Assembly (NCBI RefSeq): GCF_009914755.1
Contig: NC_060940.1
From: the human T2T-CHM13v2.0 reference genome, Homo sapiens
DNA length: 64,000 bases
Strand: one strand, 5' to 3'
Position numbers and translations under genes: made by a program. The stretch's first letter is position 1; each line of letters begins with the position of its first letter. The notes under the pieces are model-generated. The model was not told where the DNA came from, searched no databases, and saw only the letters and a list, made by a program, of their open reading frames with translations. This document shows, piece by piece, positions 45,827 through 57,204 of this stretch.

Positions 45827-46640
45827 TGTCTTCACTTGGGCACCCCTGAAAGCAGGCTCTGTGACAAGGAACTGAGGGTCAAGTAGTAGTTGATGTGGGA
45901 GGTGGTCTTAGGAAACTCTGGTTGGGGAGTGGGAGACTGAAACAAGGAAGGGAAGGAAGCAGATAAAAGGTGTGTCCACTCATTGATTGATGGGCATTTG
46001 ACTGGTTCCATGTTTTCGCATGTGGTATATATATACAATGGAATACTACTCAGCCATAAAGAGGAATGAATTAATGGCATTCACAGCAACCTGGATGGAA
46101 TTGGAGACTATTATTCCAAGTGAAGTAACTCAGGAATGGGAAACCAAACATCATATGTTCTTACTTATAAGTGGGAGCTAAGCTATGAGGATGCAAAGGC
46201 ATAAGAGTGAAACAATGAACTTTGGGGACTCTGTGGAAAGGGTGGGGGGGGTGAGGGATAAAAGACTACAAATTGGGTTCAGTGTATACTGCTTGGGTGA
46301 TGGGTGCACCAAAATCTCACAAATCACCACTAAAGAACTTACTCATGTAACAACAACAACAACAACAACAACATTGGGTTAAAAAAAAAAAGGTGTGTCA
46401 TCAAGTCAGGTACCGCTGTGAGCAACTGGGCTCAGGTCCATGGAGGAAGTCTGTGAGACAGCACGCCTCGGGTTACCTCTGATTAGGGAGAAAGGAAGGT
46501 GGGAGATGTAATCTACCATCTCCCCATCTGACATTGCTTGAGGGTTGCTTCTAGGGGCATTAACTCTTGAGAACCTGAGCTTGTCCTATGATCAGGTTCC
46601 TGCATCCAGAAGAAAAGCTTGCAGGCAGTGAGACGCAGGT
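45827..46640 (-). mobile_element. LTR16-like LTR interrupted by an L1PB insertion
   Basis: tgtcttcacttgggcacccctgaaagcaggctctg start; sequence resumes after the L1 TSD. Confidence 0.6.
45977..46387 (+). mobile_element. Short L1PB-like insertion with 5' inversion
   Basis: Inverted 45977-46020 then forward L1 3' UTR; TSD aaaaggtgtgtc at 45965-45976 / 46388-46399. Confidence 0.88.
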
Positions 46641-47075
46641 GCAGCAATAAAGACCCCCTGCTACCCCAATGGACACTGATACCTTAGAGCAGGTGTGATG
46701 GTTTTTATTTTCATGGTTGACTTAGAAGTTTGTCTGAGATCCATAGCAGACGCTGCTCCCCTTGTATCACTATGATCTGATATTTTCAGGGCAATGAGCT
46801 GTAAATACAGGTGTGAAAGGCCAGATAAGGAAAACATCGTGCCTAGGATGTACATGACCTTGGAGATAGATGGAAAAGTCCTGAAGGCAGGACTGGCATT
46901 TTCCATGTGTATGTGCGTTGGGGTGTGTGTGTTTAATTCTCTTAATTCTCTCTCATTGCTTGCTTAATAAGTACTCCTGAATGAACAGTGGAAGAACTTT
47001 CTATTATTCCCGCCCAAGGGAGCAGAGGCAGAAGTCAAGAGAGCAGGGGTGAGCGGCTGCTGCCAAGTCCCTTAC

Positions 47076-47228
47076 GTGGCTGCTGTTCATTGCCTCCTCC
47101 ATGCAGAGCTGATTGTCCTGCAAGGTCTTCCTCTGTCTCTTGCAGACATCGTGCAGATTCTTGATGTCAAGTTGCAGGCTTAACAGCTTGCTGTTCAGGC
47201 TGCTCACTTCTCTGTCTCTCTCCCCCGC
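47076..47228 (-). CDS. PMFBP1: PMFBP1 exon 3 (153 nt; AGERDREV...MNSSH)
   Basis: ORF 47004..47207; gcctag acceptor, CAC|GTAAGG donor. Confidence 0.93.
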
Positions 47229-47712
47229 CTAGGCAGCCAGAAAAACAAAAGCATCAATTATAAACTATCAAGAAAGTGCTGCTTTCATTCACTTAACAGG
47301 TTGACAGAGACTTGAAATTTGCTGGAAATTTGTCCATCAACCATTAGCTGTTATTACTCATCCTGTGTAACATTTACACAGTTTCCAATTGCCAGGTGTC
47401 TGACCGTTCTGCATTATTCAGACAATTACTGATTTATATTAATTAAATCTTCACCACACTGCTGGGGGTGCACAACAGACAATTCCCCTGTTTTTCAAGA
47501 GGAAGTCAGTGTCTAGAATAATTCTAGGCACCTACTGGACTGTCTATAAATATTAATGGCTCTGCCACTGATGAACATATTGAGATGTCAAATGAACTTG
47601 TCAAGACAAGTATAGTGAATCCATGATGGGCTTGATATGGGATTCTGAAGTCTCTTACCTTTCTCTTCTACCCACTAGACCAAAAAATGTCCCTCACCTA
47701 TAAACCCAGTGC

Positions 47713-48028
47713 TTTTCTTTTCTTTCTTTCTTTTTTTTTTTTTTGAGACGGAGACTTGCTCTATTGCCCAGGCTGAAGTGCAGCGGCACGATCTAGGCTC
47801 ACTGCAAGCTCCGCCTCCCGGGTTTACTTAAACCATTCTCCTGCCTCAGCCTCCTGAGTAGTTGGGACTACAGGCACCCGCCACCATGCCCGGCTAATTT
47901 TTTGTATTTTTAGTAGAGACAGGGTTTCACAGTTTTAGCCAGGATGGTCAAGATCTCCTGACCTCGTGATGTGCCCATCTTGGCCTCCCAAAGTGCTGGG
48001 ATTACAGGCATGAGCCACCGTGCCTGGC
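47713..48028 (-). mobile_element. AluY-like SINE
   Basis: gcaagctccgcctcccggg diagnostic; TSD aacccagtgcttttcttt. Confidence 0.92.
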
Positions 48029-48450
48029 CAACCCAGTGCTTTTCTTTAGAGGCATTCACAATGGGAACAAAAGTGAAATCCCTGGGCTGGTGGCGTAAGA
48101 TTTCTGTCTTTGATTATGAGTGAAAAGAATTAGCTAATTGTTGCTAGATGGGGATGGAAAGTAGTGACTGAGATATAAATAGAATGTGTGGGGCATAGTA
48201 ACTTGGGTGGGGGTGCAGGTGCAGAGCTGTTGTAGGATGGTGGGGCTTTATCACTCCAGGATGCCACCTCCACTCCCAGAGTTGTGGGTGGCAATGGTGT
48301 GAAAAGGAAGGTGGAAGAAGTCCTGTGTGAACCTGTGTAGTGCTTCAGTTCTGTCACTGTGCCGGCTTTCTACAACACTTGTGAGCACAGATGTTACCGT
48401 TACTGAGTTTTAAATCTAGGAACTGAGGCTGGCTCCTTCATGGTCAGTAC

Positions 48451-48808
48451 ATGGTTTGGCTCCAAGTCCCCAACCAAACCTCATCTCAAATTGTAATCCC
48501 CATGTGTTGAGGGAGGGACCTGGTGGGAGGTGATTGGGTCATGGGGGTGGTTTCTCCCATGCTGTTCTTGTAATAGTGAGTGAGTTCTTACGAGATCTGA
48601 TAGTTTAAAAGTGTGGCACTTCCCCTCACTCTCTCTCTCCAGCTGCCATGTAAGATGTGCCTTGCTTCCCCTTTGCCTTCCGCTATGATTGTAAGTTTCC
48701 TTAGGCCTCCCCAGCTATGTGGAACTGTGAGTCAGTTAAACCTCTTTTCCTGATAAATTACTCAGTCTCCAGTAGTTCTTTATGGCAGTGTGAAAATGGG
48801 CTAATACA
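48451..48808 (+). mobile_element. THE1D-like (MaLR) solo LTR
   Basis: atggtttggct...gagggacctggtgggaggtgattgg...ggctaataca. Confidence 0.85.
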
Positions 48809-51800
48809 GTACCTATCTCTTAGGTTAGATTACCAAGAGGGTTCTTAAGTGAGGATTCATGGCATCTATTAAAGAAACACTCCCAAGAAAAACCAGCATG
48901 GAAGAGGGGGAAGCAGGACAGGGAAGGGGTAAAAACCAAGTATAGGTACATTTTCAGAGAGTCCTGTGGTCAGTAATTTTAGCCTGCTCATACAGGAAAC
49001 TCTGGAATATGAGCTACACCTTAGAGTCTGTCTTGATTGGTGTCAATGAAAGCTGGGCTGTCAAACTCAGCATCAGTCAGTCAATGGCCAATGGCCATCC
49101 CATGGGTTATAAGCTCCTAAGAACTTCCAGCTCTCTGCCCCTGTAGGCAAAGTGACTTCAATAGTCTAAAGGCAATTCTTCTAAGAGAGTTACAGCTGCA
49201 AAAGTGCATAGTATACAGGGGATAGGTGCATGGAAATAGTGAAGGGATCTAAGCCAAAGTGCCCAAGGTCTCACATCTGGTTAGCAGTAGGGCCAGGAGA
49301 GCACATTCCTCCTGACCCTGTAGCCAGTGCTCTGCCCTCATATCCAACTGACTGGTCTGTCTTTTGAAATATATGAGCTGCATAACACACATTCCCAGAG
49401 GAACTGGAGACCTGATATGGACATCGTAAATCAAACCTTACTGGACAGGTCAGTTTAAAGGACCCCTGCACAAGGCCGAGGGGGGCCGGAGGACAACGGT
49501 GAGAATTGGACATTGCAATGTCAGAGTATTCGGAATTCAGAAGGTTTCCCAGAACTGCTGCTGTCTCCGCTGATTTATTTCTTCATTTCCATTTAGTACC
49601 TGGACTTTTTTTTTTAACCACTTTACAGTTTAATTAGGTTAACGGCATGGCTCTGTCATTAAAAGGATTTCATTATCTCAAAACTCTCCCTCCTCCTCTC
49701 TTGCTCCTATCTTTTGTTCCTCACTTCCAGAAAAATAACAGTGGATGTCAACTGCCCCAAGCATGTAATTACCATTAAGACAATTAATGGGGACTCTCTT
49801 AAGACAATATGTGTAGAGTGGCCTTAAAAGATGGTGTACAGACACTGTTTTCTAACTTGGAAACAAAATCCTTAACTCGATGAAGAGTGGTAGTTTGATT
49901 CTGGTGCTTTGGATCCCTTTCCTGTGGTCACCACACTGGGAATAGGGTATGGAGCCTCTCCAGGAAGTGGGACCCTAAGGAGCCTCTCCACTCTGGCCAC
50001 AGGACTGTCTTTCTTTGGCATCTATGAGCAGGTTAGGTGACAACAAGATGCCTGCTCCACAGGAGAGCCAAATACCCTATACTCTTGCCTTGGTGCTGAA
50101 TATACGTGTCTTAAGGCAGGGACCCTGACACCAGATTGTTCCCCATGGAGACCAGCACACTGAGGGCTCACTAACAAAATGCCAACGATACACACTTGAG
50201 TCTCTCTAAATTAAAAGTTAAGTGCTCTCTCTCAGGACAATAAAAATATCCTTTCTCCCTCCAGTTTTGGATGTCCTCTGAGTAGAAGGCCTGACAGCCC
50301 AATTCTTTTGCACCACCAGAAGTTCAGAATTGGATCTTCAATACAGATGATCTCATCTAATTTGTACATTTAGCATCGGCTCAGAGTCTCTGAGAAAATG
50401 TCTTCATTCATGAAACAAGGTTTGGAATAAATCATCTTTCTTTGAATATTCCTTAAACCAGTTGAATAACAAATATGTTTTGATGGATGTCAAGTGAAAT
50501 TTACTTTTGAAAAGAAAACCATTCACTCCTGAAGACCAAATTATAAAGAGGTTTTGATGCATCAGAAAAGGAGTAAAAATGCTGGGAGAGTGATCAGGTG
50601 ATTTCGAGAATGATGTTCGATTTTTAATTATAGGGAGTTATTAGAAAAGGCTGTGTTCACCTCAGAACCCCAGAAAAGCCAATGTTTCTGGGGTCTCAGT
50701 GAACCTAATTTCTTGCTGGTATCTCGCACAGATATTAGCTGTAAACTATTTATAATCCTATCTACTTTATGAAGGCTAAATTCCAGGCAGATGCCTTTTG
50801 AGTATCAACATGCAATAGGGATAGATTTAATCTGACATTTCATCAATCATAGCTCTGTAACCATTACTGGGGCATGAGATGAACTGAGAGTCATAATGTT
50901 GACCCTCAGGCACCATCTGATCTTGTCCTGGATCTGAAGTCATTAACAATGGCTGAAATCATAAGTCTCCACTGCTAGGTGAGTTTTCATTTACATAAGT
51001 CATGTACTTAGATACCCGGTTTCTCTTATATAAGGCTGGAACCTGGTCACTCTGCTTTGAAACATATGACAGCAGCAGCAGCTATTAACCCACAGGCAAA
51101 ATGATGAGTGCTGATACTGCAGTTGCTACCATATTCATGATAACTATTAGAAAATAGGTTATTTACTGAAGCAAATTTTCTGTATTGATTAAATGGGTCT
51201 TTTGTCAAAAAGCATGGTATCTCAAACATATATTTCAAAATAGGAGAAGACATTTTGCTTTAGGTTTCCAAGTATTAACAGTCTCAAGCTTCTTCTTGGG
51301 GGAAGCTAATGTTAAATTGAAGCTCGTGATTCAGTAGCATTTTCAGAGCCCAAGAGCATTGCAAAGATTCAAAATGGCAGCATTCCCAGGGATGTGGCAT
51401 TTCAACATGAAAATCGGAGTAATTTTGGATTCAACCAATAACACCATAAAGGTCATCATCTTTGGGATATTATCTTATTTGTCTGAGGATGAGGACAAAT
51501 CTTCAATAATCAATGGGAAACCACTTTTAACCACCACTAATATCACAACCATTCAATTTATGGTAAGAGTTATGCCTTAAGAATCATGAAACCTTAAAAA
51601 CTAACATTGATTCAGGAATTCTTACATTTCACTTGTGTAATAGTAGAGTTTACAGTTATCTACAGTAATTTTAAACACTATTATTGATATTACTGACTTG
51701 ATTCCCAAGTTGACTTTTCCATTTATAGAAATATTACAGTTTTTGCATTACTTATGAATGAAATTAATGGGTACTTATACAAGGTTTTGCCTGTGAACAA

Positions 51801-51874
51801 AAATTTAGAACCAATTATGTTCATATACTGAGGAGTGACTATATTTTATGGTGTTCTAAATTCTTTTAAAATTG

Positions 51875-51960
51875 GTGTATACTTATGTAACAAACCTGCA
51901 CATTCTGCACATGTATCCCAGAACTTAAAGTATAATAAAAAAGATTTAAAAAATAAAGAA
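51875..51960 (+). mobile_element. Very short L1PA 3' terminus
   Basis: tatgtaacaaacctgcacattctgcacatgtatcccagaacttaaagtataataaaaaa. Confidence 0.85.
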
Positions 51961-52744
51961 AACATTATGAAATGTAAGAAAGATAAACACACACACACAC
52001 ACACACAGATTAACAAATTAAAAAAGATATCTGAGAGATCCCCTTATCAGCTGTGTATTCAAGCACAAGTTATTTAACTTCTGTGCCTACATTTCCCCAT
52101 GTATAATATAGAGATAATTATGGCTTTCTTAAGGTTGTTGCAAGGATTAAATGCATTGGTAAATACAATGTACTTAGAACACTGTCTGACACATATCATG
52201 GAAGGCTAGATTAGTGTTTGCCATAAAAACAAAATTGGCACACCCTGTAAGTATACAGACTAGGATACATATGACATATGTTGGAGATCAGCCACCTATG
52301 GAACGTGGGCTGATTTTTATTGGCACCTGGGCAATTTTCACAGACTTTTCACTATCATATCATTTGAGAAATTATTCTACTAAGAAGGTAAGCTCCATGA
52401 GAGTAGAGATCTTTGTCTATTTTGTTCACTGCTTTATTCCCAGCTCCTAGAACAATGAACGCCTGGCATATTGAAGGTGCTCCAAAGATATAAATTAAAT
52501 GAAGAAAGAGCCTTCTAGAAAATCCATACGAGATCCTTGTTCCCCACAGAACTGGTATGAAGTTCTGTATGGCTCCAGTAATGCAGCAGGAAAGGAGTGG
52601 ACTGCCTGTTTCAGAATCTGCTCACCTCTTGGTAGGAGGTCTGTTAAAAAGCATATGGTACATGGGACAATCCTTTACTCATCAAAAAAGTCCCCTTAAA
52701 TCCTTTCTGGAACAAGGTAGGGCATACATAAACATAGTTTGCTG

Positions 52745-53070
<326 letters not shown>

Positions 53071-53194
53071 TAATCAGACACTCCATTTTCATATCATTCC
53101 AGATAAAGAGAGAATGTTAGCAACAATAGTTAATATCGATTAAGTGCTTTCTACATGCACTACCTTTGCTAATCCTCATACCAAGTCTTTGGAA

Positions 53195-53289
53195 TAGGTG
53201 ATCATCATTCATATTTTCTAGATAAGGCAAAGGAAACTTAGAGTAGGTGATCACAATTCATATTTTCTAGATAAGGCAAAGGAAACTTA
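53195..53289. repeat. 49-bp tandem duplication (2 copies) in a MIR relic
   Basis: taggtgatca...ttcatattttctagataaggcaaaggaaactta starting at 53195 and 53244. Confidence 0.95.
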
Positions 53290-53503
53290 AAAGTAGGAAA
53301 CAAACTCAGTATCATACTGCTGGTAGATATGGACCCAGACCCACCCAGCTCGAGTCTGGGCTCTTAAACACGATGCTCTGCTGCCCACCTCTGTCCATGA
53401 TATTTTGTGATGCTTATTACTGGAATTTTGATCATAAAACATGAAAAAAGTCCCTTGTAATGAATATTCAACTCCATGCATGTAGAGGAGTTAGGAGCCT
53501 TAC

Positions 53504-53515
53504 CTCATCTTTCAT
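53504..53515 (-). CDS. PMFBP1: PMFBP1 exon 2 coding part: MKDE (start codon); exon probably extends to an acceptor near 53575
   Basis: GGAAATGAAAGATGAG|GTAAGG; purine at -3; joins exon 3 in frame. Confidence 0.88.
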
Positions 53516-54360
53516 TTCCTTGGCAGCTCTCAATTCTCCTTTAACCTTTAGTATTTTCTGAGCTTTGTTATAAACCTGAAAAAGTCCAAGTATTTAAGAT
53601 GGAAAAAGTATAAATGAGCCTCTGCCCTTTAAAGATTTTCCCAGCTGGATCTATGCCCTCAGCAAGAGGTTTGGAAAATTTTCCTGAACTGTTAGCAATA
53701 CCCACTTGCTTACCCATCTGTTTGTGTTTTTAAAAGGGTGTTAAAACCTCCAGATGGCAGGACCATGGTTTTACATCTTTTCCAGAAAACCACTACTTGG
53801 TGAACCAAACAGTTTCTGAATTTACCCTTCTTGGAAAGCAAAAAGTCTGAATCGAGTTTACTTTTTAGATTTCTATGTACTCTATGGCTCAGATATAGCT
53901 AATATTATGTACTTATTATGAACCAGACATGATGTGCATGACCTAACTTCATTCTCACATGAACCCTGGGAGGCAGGGACTACTACTATCCTCATTTAAA
54001 GATAAGGAAACTGAGGCCCAGAGAGGCTAAGTGACTTACCCAGGGTCACAGAGGCTCTCTTACTACTCTATGAGGAGCTTCCATTAATTTTGTAACTATT
54101 CATATGAAATATCTGATGATATGGTGTTTTTGAAGCATCAGCTTGCCATAATGTTGATGCTCATAAAGTTAGGAAACATGTGAAGTGCTGAGACTTATCT
54201 AGCTAGAAAGCCTCCCAGGAAACCAAAGATCTTTGCACATGTATGTGCATGTAAGTACAGGATGATGCATTTGAGGTCATAATGCACTGAGCTTATTAAA
54301 ATCATCTCATTCATTCTGTTTTTAACCCTAAGAATAGAGGAATTTCCACCAGGAACTTAC

Positions 54361-54450
54361 CTGCAGAATAGTTCAAGGAATGAGAAGCTATCAAAATACT
54401 CATCCTTTGTAACAAACCACATCCCCTATCCCTAATATAAGCCAAGAGGA
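54361..54450 (-). other. PMFBP1: Probable non-coding exon 1 / TSS region of PMFBP1 (5' end not determinable)
   Basis: Perfect CAG|GTAAGT donor at 54361/54360, about 790 bp upstream of exon 2. Confidence 0.55.
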
Positions 54451-54594
54451 AGAAAGAATGTTGGTGATATGTGGAATCTGGAATGTTTTATGGAGCTGAA
54501 TTCTGATTTCCTGCATTGAGTACCCTCTGAAGTCTTCATGCACAGAGGTGCATCATGGAAATGGAGGTGTGGCTCAGGCTCACCTGGTGGGGAC

Positions 54595-54900
54595 AGGCTA
54601 GGTGATGGTGTAGTAACAAACAACCCCCAAGTCTCAGTGGCTTACGACCGTGAAGGTTTATTTTTTACTCATGCTACATGTCCTTTATGAGTCAGCTGGG
54701 GCTCTGCTCCACATTGTCCTCAATATCCTCGTAGTCCTCAGCTGGTGAACTTCTATTATCTAGTATGTTGCCTGTTGCCATGGTAGCAGAAAGGGAACTT
54801 GGTGAATCACCTACTGGTTCTTAAAGCGGAAGTGAAACACTTTGCTTCTGCTCACATTTCATTAGCCAAAACAAGTCACATGGCCATGCCTAACTTCTTC
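54595..54900 (-). mobile_element. MLT1(K/L)-like LTR relic upstream of exon 1
   Basis: gtaacaaacaacccccaagtctcagtggctta...cacatttcattagccaaaacaagtcacatggcc. Confidence 0.7.
54774..54787. promoter_or_regulatory. Candidate RFX X-box GTTGCCATGGTAGC
   Basis: Near-palindromic match to GTTGCCATGG(C/T)AAC, about 410 bp from the exon 1 donor. Confidence 0.45.
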
Positions 54901-54921
54901 CTTTACCTCCTCAAAGAAATA

Positions 54922-55283
54922 TAGGCATATGTCAGAGAGATTGCGGGTTTGGTTTCTGACCACCAAAATAAAGCGAATATCACAATGAGACAAGTCACAC
55001 AAATTTCTTGGTTTCTCAGTGCATAGAAAACCTATGATTACACTATACTGTGGTCTACTAAGCGTGCAATAGTATTATGTCTAAGAAAACAAGGTGCATA
55101 ACTTAATTAAAAATACTTTGTTGCTAAAAAAATGCTGATGTGGACATAAGGGAGCACATGCTGTTGGAAAAATGGCGCCAATAGACTTGCTTGATGCAGG
55201 ATTGCTACAAACCTTCAATTTGTTAAAAATGCAATATCTGTGAAGCACAGTAAAGTGAAGAGCAGTAACACGAGGTATGCCTG
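54922..55283 (-). mobile_element. Internally deleted Tigger1 DNA transposon (both ends present)
   Basis: TIR-like ends (t)aggcata / tatgcctg, TA TSD on each side, Tigger1 terminal sequences joined. Confidence 0.85.
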
Positions 55284-56857
55284 TACTGGCGAACTCACAA
55301 ATGACTTCCACACTAGTCAAGCAAGATTAAAAATAGCGTGGCATAAAAGAACACTAAACAGGGTTCTAGGCCACCAAGCTTCTAAACCTGGTTCAGCACC
55401 TCACTGGAGGAGTGGCCTTTGCAAAGGCCTTCATATCTCTGAGGCTTCATTTCTGCTTCTGTAAGCTAGGAAGCTATAATAAATGGCCTTTAGAAGTCTT
55501 TCCTAGCTTTAAAGTTCACTGATTCAGTGCTCTACCACGATGGACACCTTTCTTTAGGAGGAACTATGAACTCACCCAAGTATCATACAAAAAGTTGTAA
55601 TGGAACAAATGTATCCTTGAGAATCATACTTCTTTGCAGGCAAGCCCACTGGATAGTCAGGAGATGATTCTGAAATCAAATGAAATCTTGTCCAAAAGAC
55701 AGAGAAATGATTTTCTAGATTGTGATGGTTTCATCCGCTATGGAGTTACACAGCTGTAGTTGCAAGAGCCAAGAGCATTTCGAAGGAAAAGTAGAAGGCA
55801 TAGGTTCTAACATTTGCATGAAAATATATTGAAATTTACTAAGTAAGGTAAGTAGGAAGAAAAAAAGAGAGCTGGAGTTTGTTCCATGAAGGAGATGTCA
55901 GAATCTTCAGTCATTAACAATAGCAGCAGGCAGTTTGGAAGGGCTTATGATGAAAAAACTGGAAGTGTTATATGATAAGTTTTTGATACATTTGACAGTA
56001 ATGTTTGCCAGATGGATAGGGAAGAGTGTTTTGGGGGAGCCCCACAGGCTTTACGAAATGCCATGTGAACCTTCACAGTGCTGTCTGACTGAGGAGTATG
56101 GCTGGACAGATATTTTGTGGAGGAAGGGCTCATCCCAGAGGCAGGGACTCTCTACCAGATCCCCGGCTACTGACTCTCTGAAGCCAGGACTTTGCTCATG
56201 TCTCTCTCTTCTTGAACCCTTGTTCTTACATATTCTGTTCTGCCTCTTGCGTCTCTGTTGAGACCTTCATTTCTTCATGCCTTGTCTACTGCCATCTGCC
56301 CAGGCAACTCCTTTTTTGTATTCAAAACTCCTGCCATCTGCTTTTCAAAGTAGGACTTCTCTTGGTGACAGCTGTGCCTAAAGAAATGATTGTAGTGAAA
56401 ACAAAAACTTGGTCAGAGCTTCTAGTGATGTTTTGTGCCTTCCCTCAGTCTACTATCAGAGCACCTTGCAGATTCCCAAGAAACACCTAACACCACACCT
56501 CAAATGGGTGACTAAGGTAGCAAGTATCAAGTCAGGTGTGCAAAAAGAGAAAGTAACTCTTTCTATTACTCAGTGTTTTTGTTTAGCCCCATTTTCACCA
56601 AATGGCAGAAAACACAATCTTAGTTATTTCTGAGAAAGCACCACGACTTTCAGGTTAAAAATGAATCAGTTCATGATTCCCTCACAGTTCATGATTCTCT
56701 CAACCTCTTTAAGGCGTCTCCAGAGTGTGCTTAAGATTTTGAGGTCCCAGTTTGGATCCTGGCACCAGGGGAAGCTTGTGGTCCATGGTCATGGGCATCT
56801 CTCCTAGCTAGAGTATGCCGAGGTGTCACTGTCCTGGTCAGTAGGCCACATGTACTA

Positions 56858-57204
56858 GTATTAGTCTGTTCTCACATTGTTATATGGAAATACCCGAAAC
56901 TGGGTAATTTATAAAGAAAAGAGGTTTAATTGACTCATAGTTCTGCATGGCTGGGGAGGCCTCAGGAAACTTACAATCTTGGCAGACAGCACCTCTTCAC
57001 AAGGTGGCAGGAGAGAGAATGAGTGCCAGCATGGCAAATGCCAGACACTTATAAAACCATCAGATCTCGTGAGAACTCATTCACTATCACGAGAACAGCA
57101 TGGGGGAAAACACCCCATGATTCAATTACCTCCCACCAGCTCCCTATCACAACACATGGGGATTGTGGGATTACAATTCAAGATGACACAGCCAAACCAT
57201 ATCA
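56858..57204 (-). mobile_element. THE1-like (MaLR) solo LTR
   Basis: gtattagtctgttctcac...cagccaaaccatatca. Confidence 0.88.
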
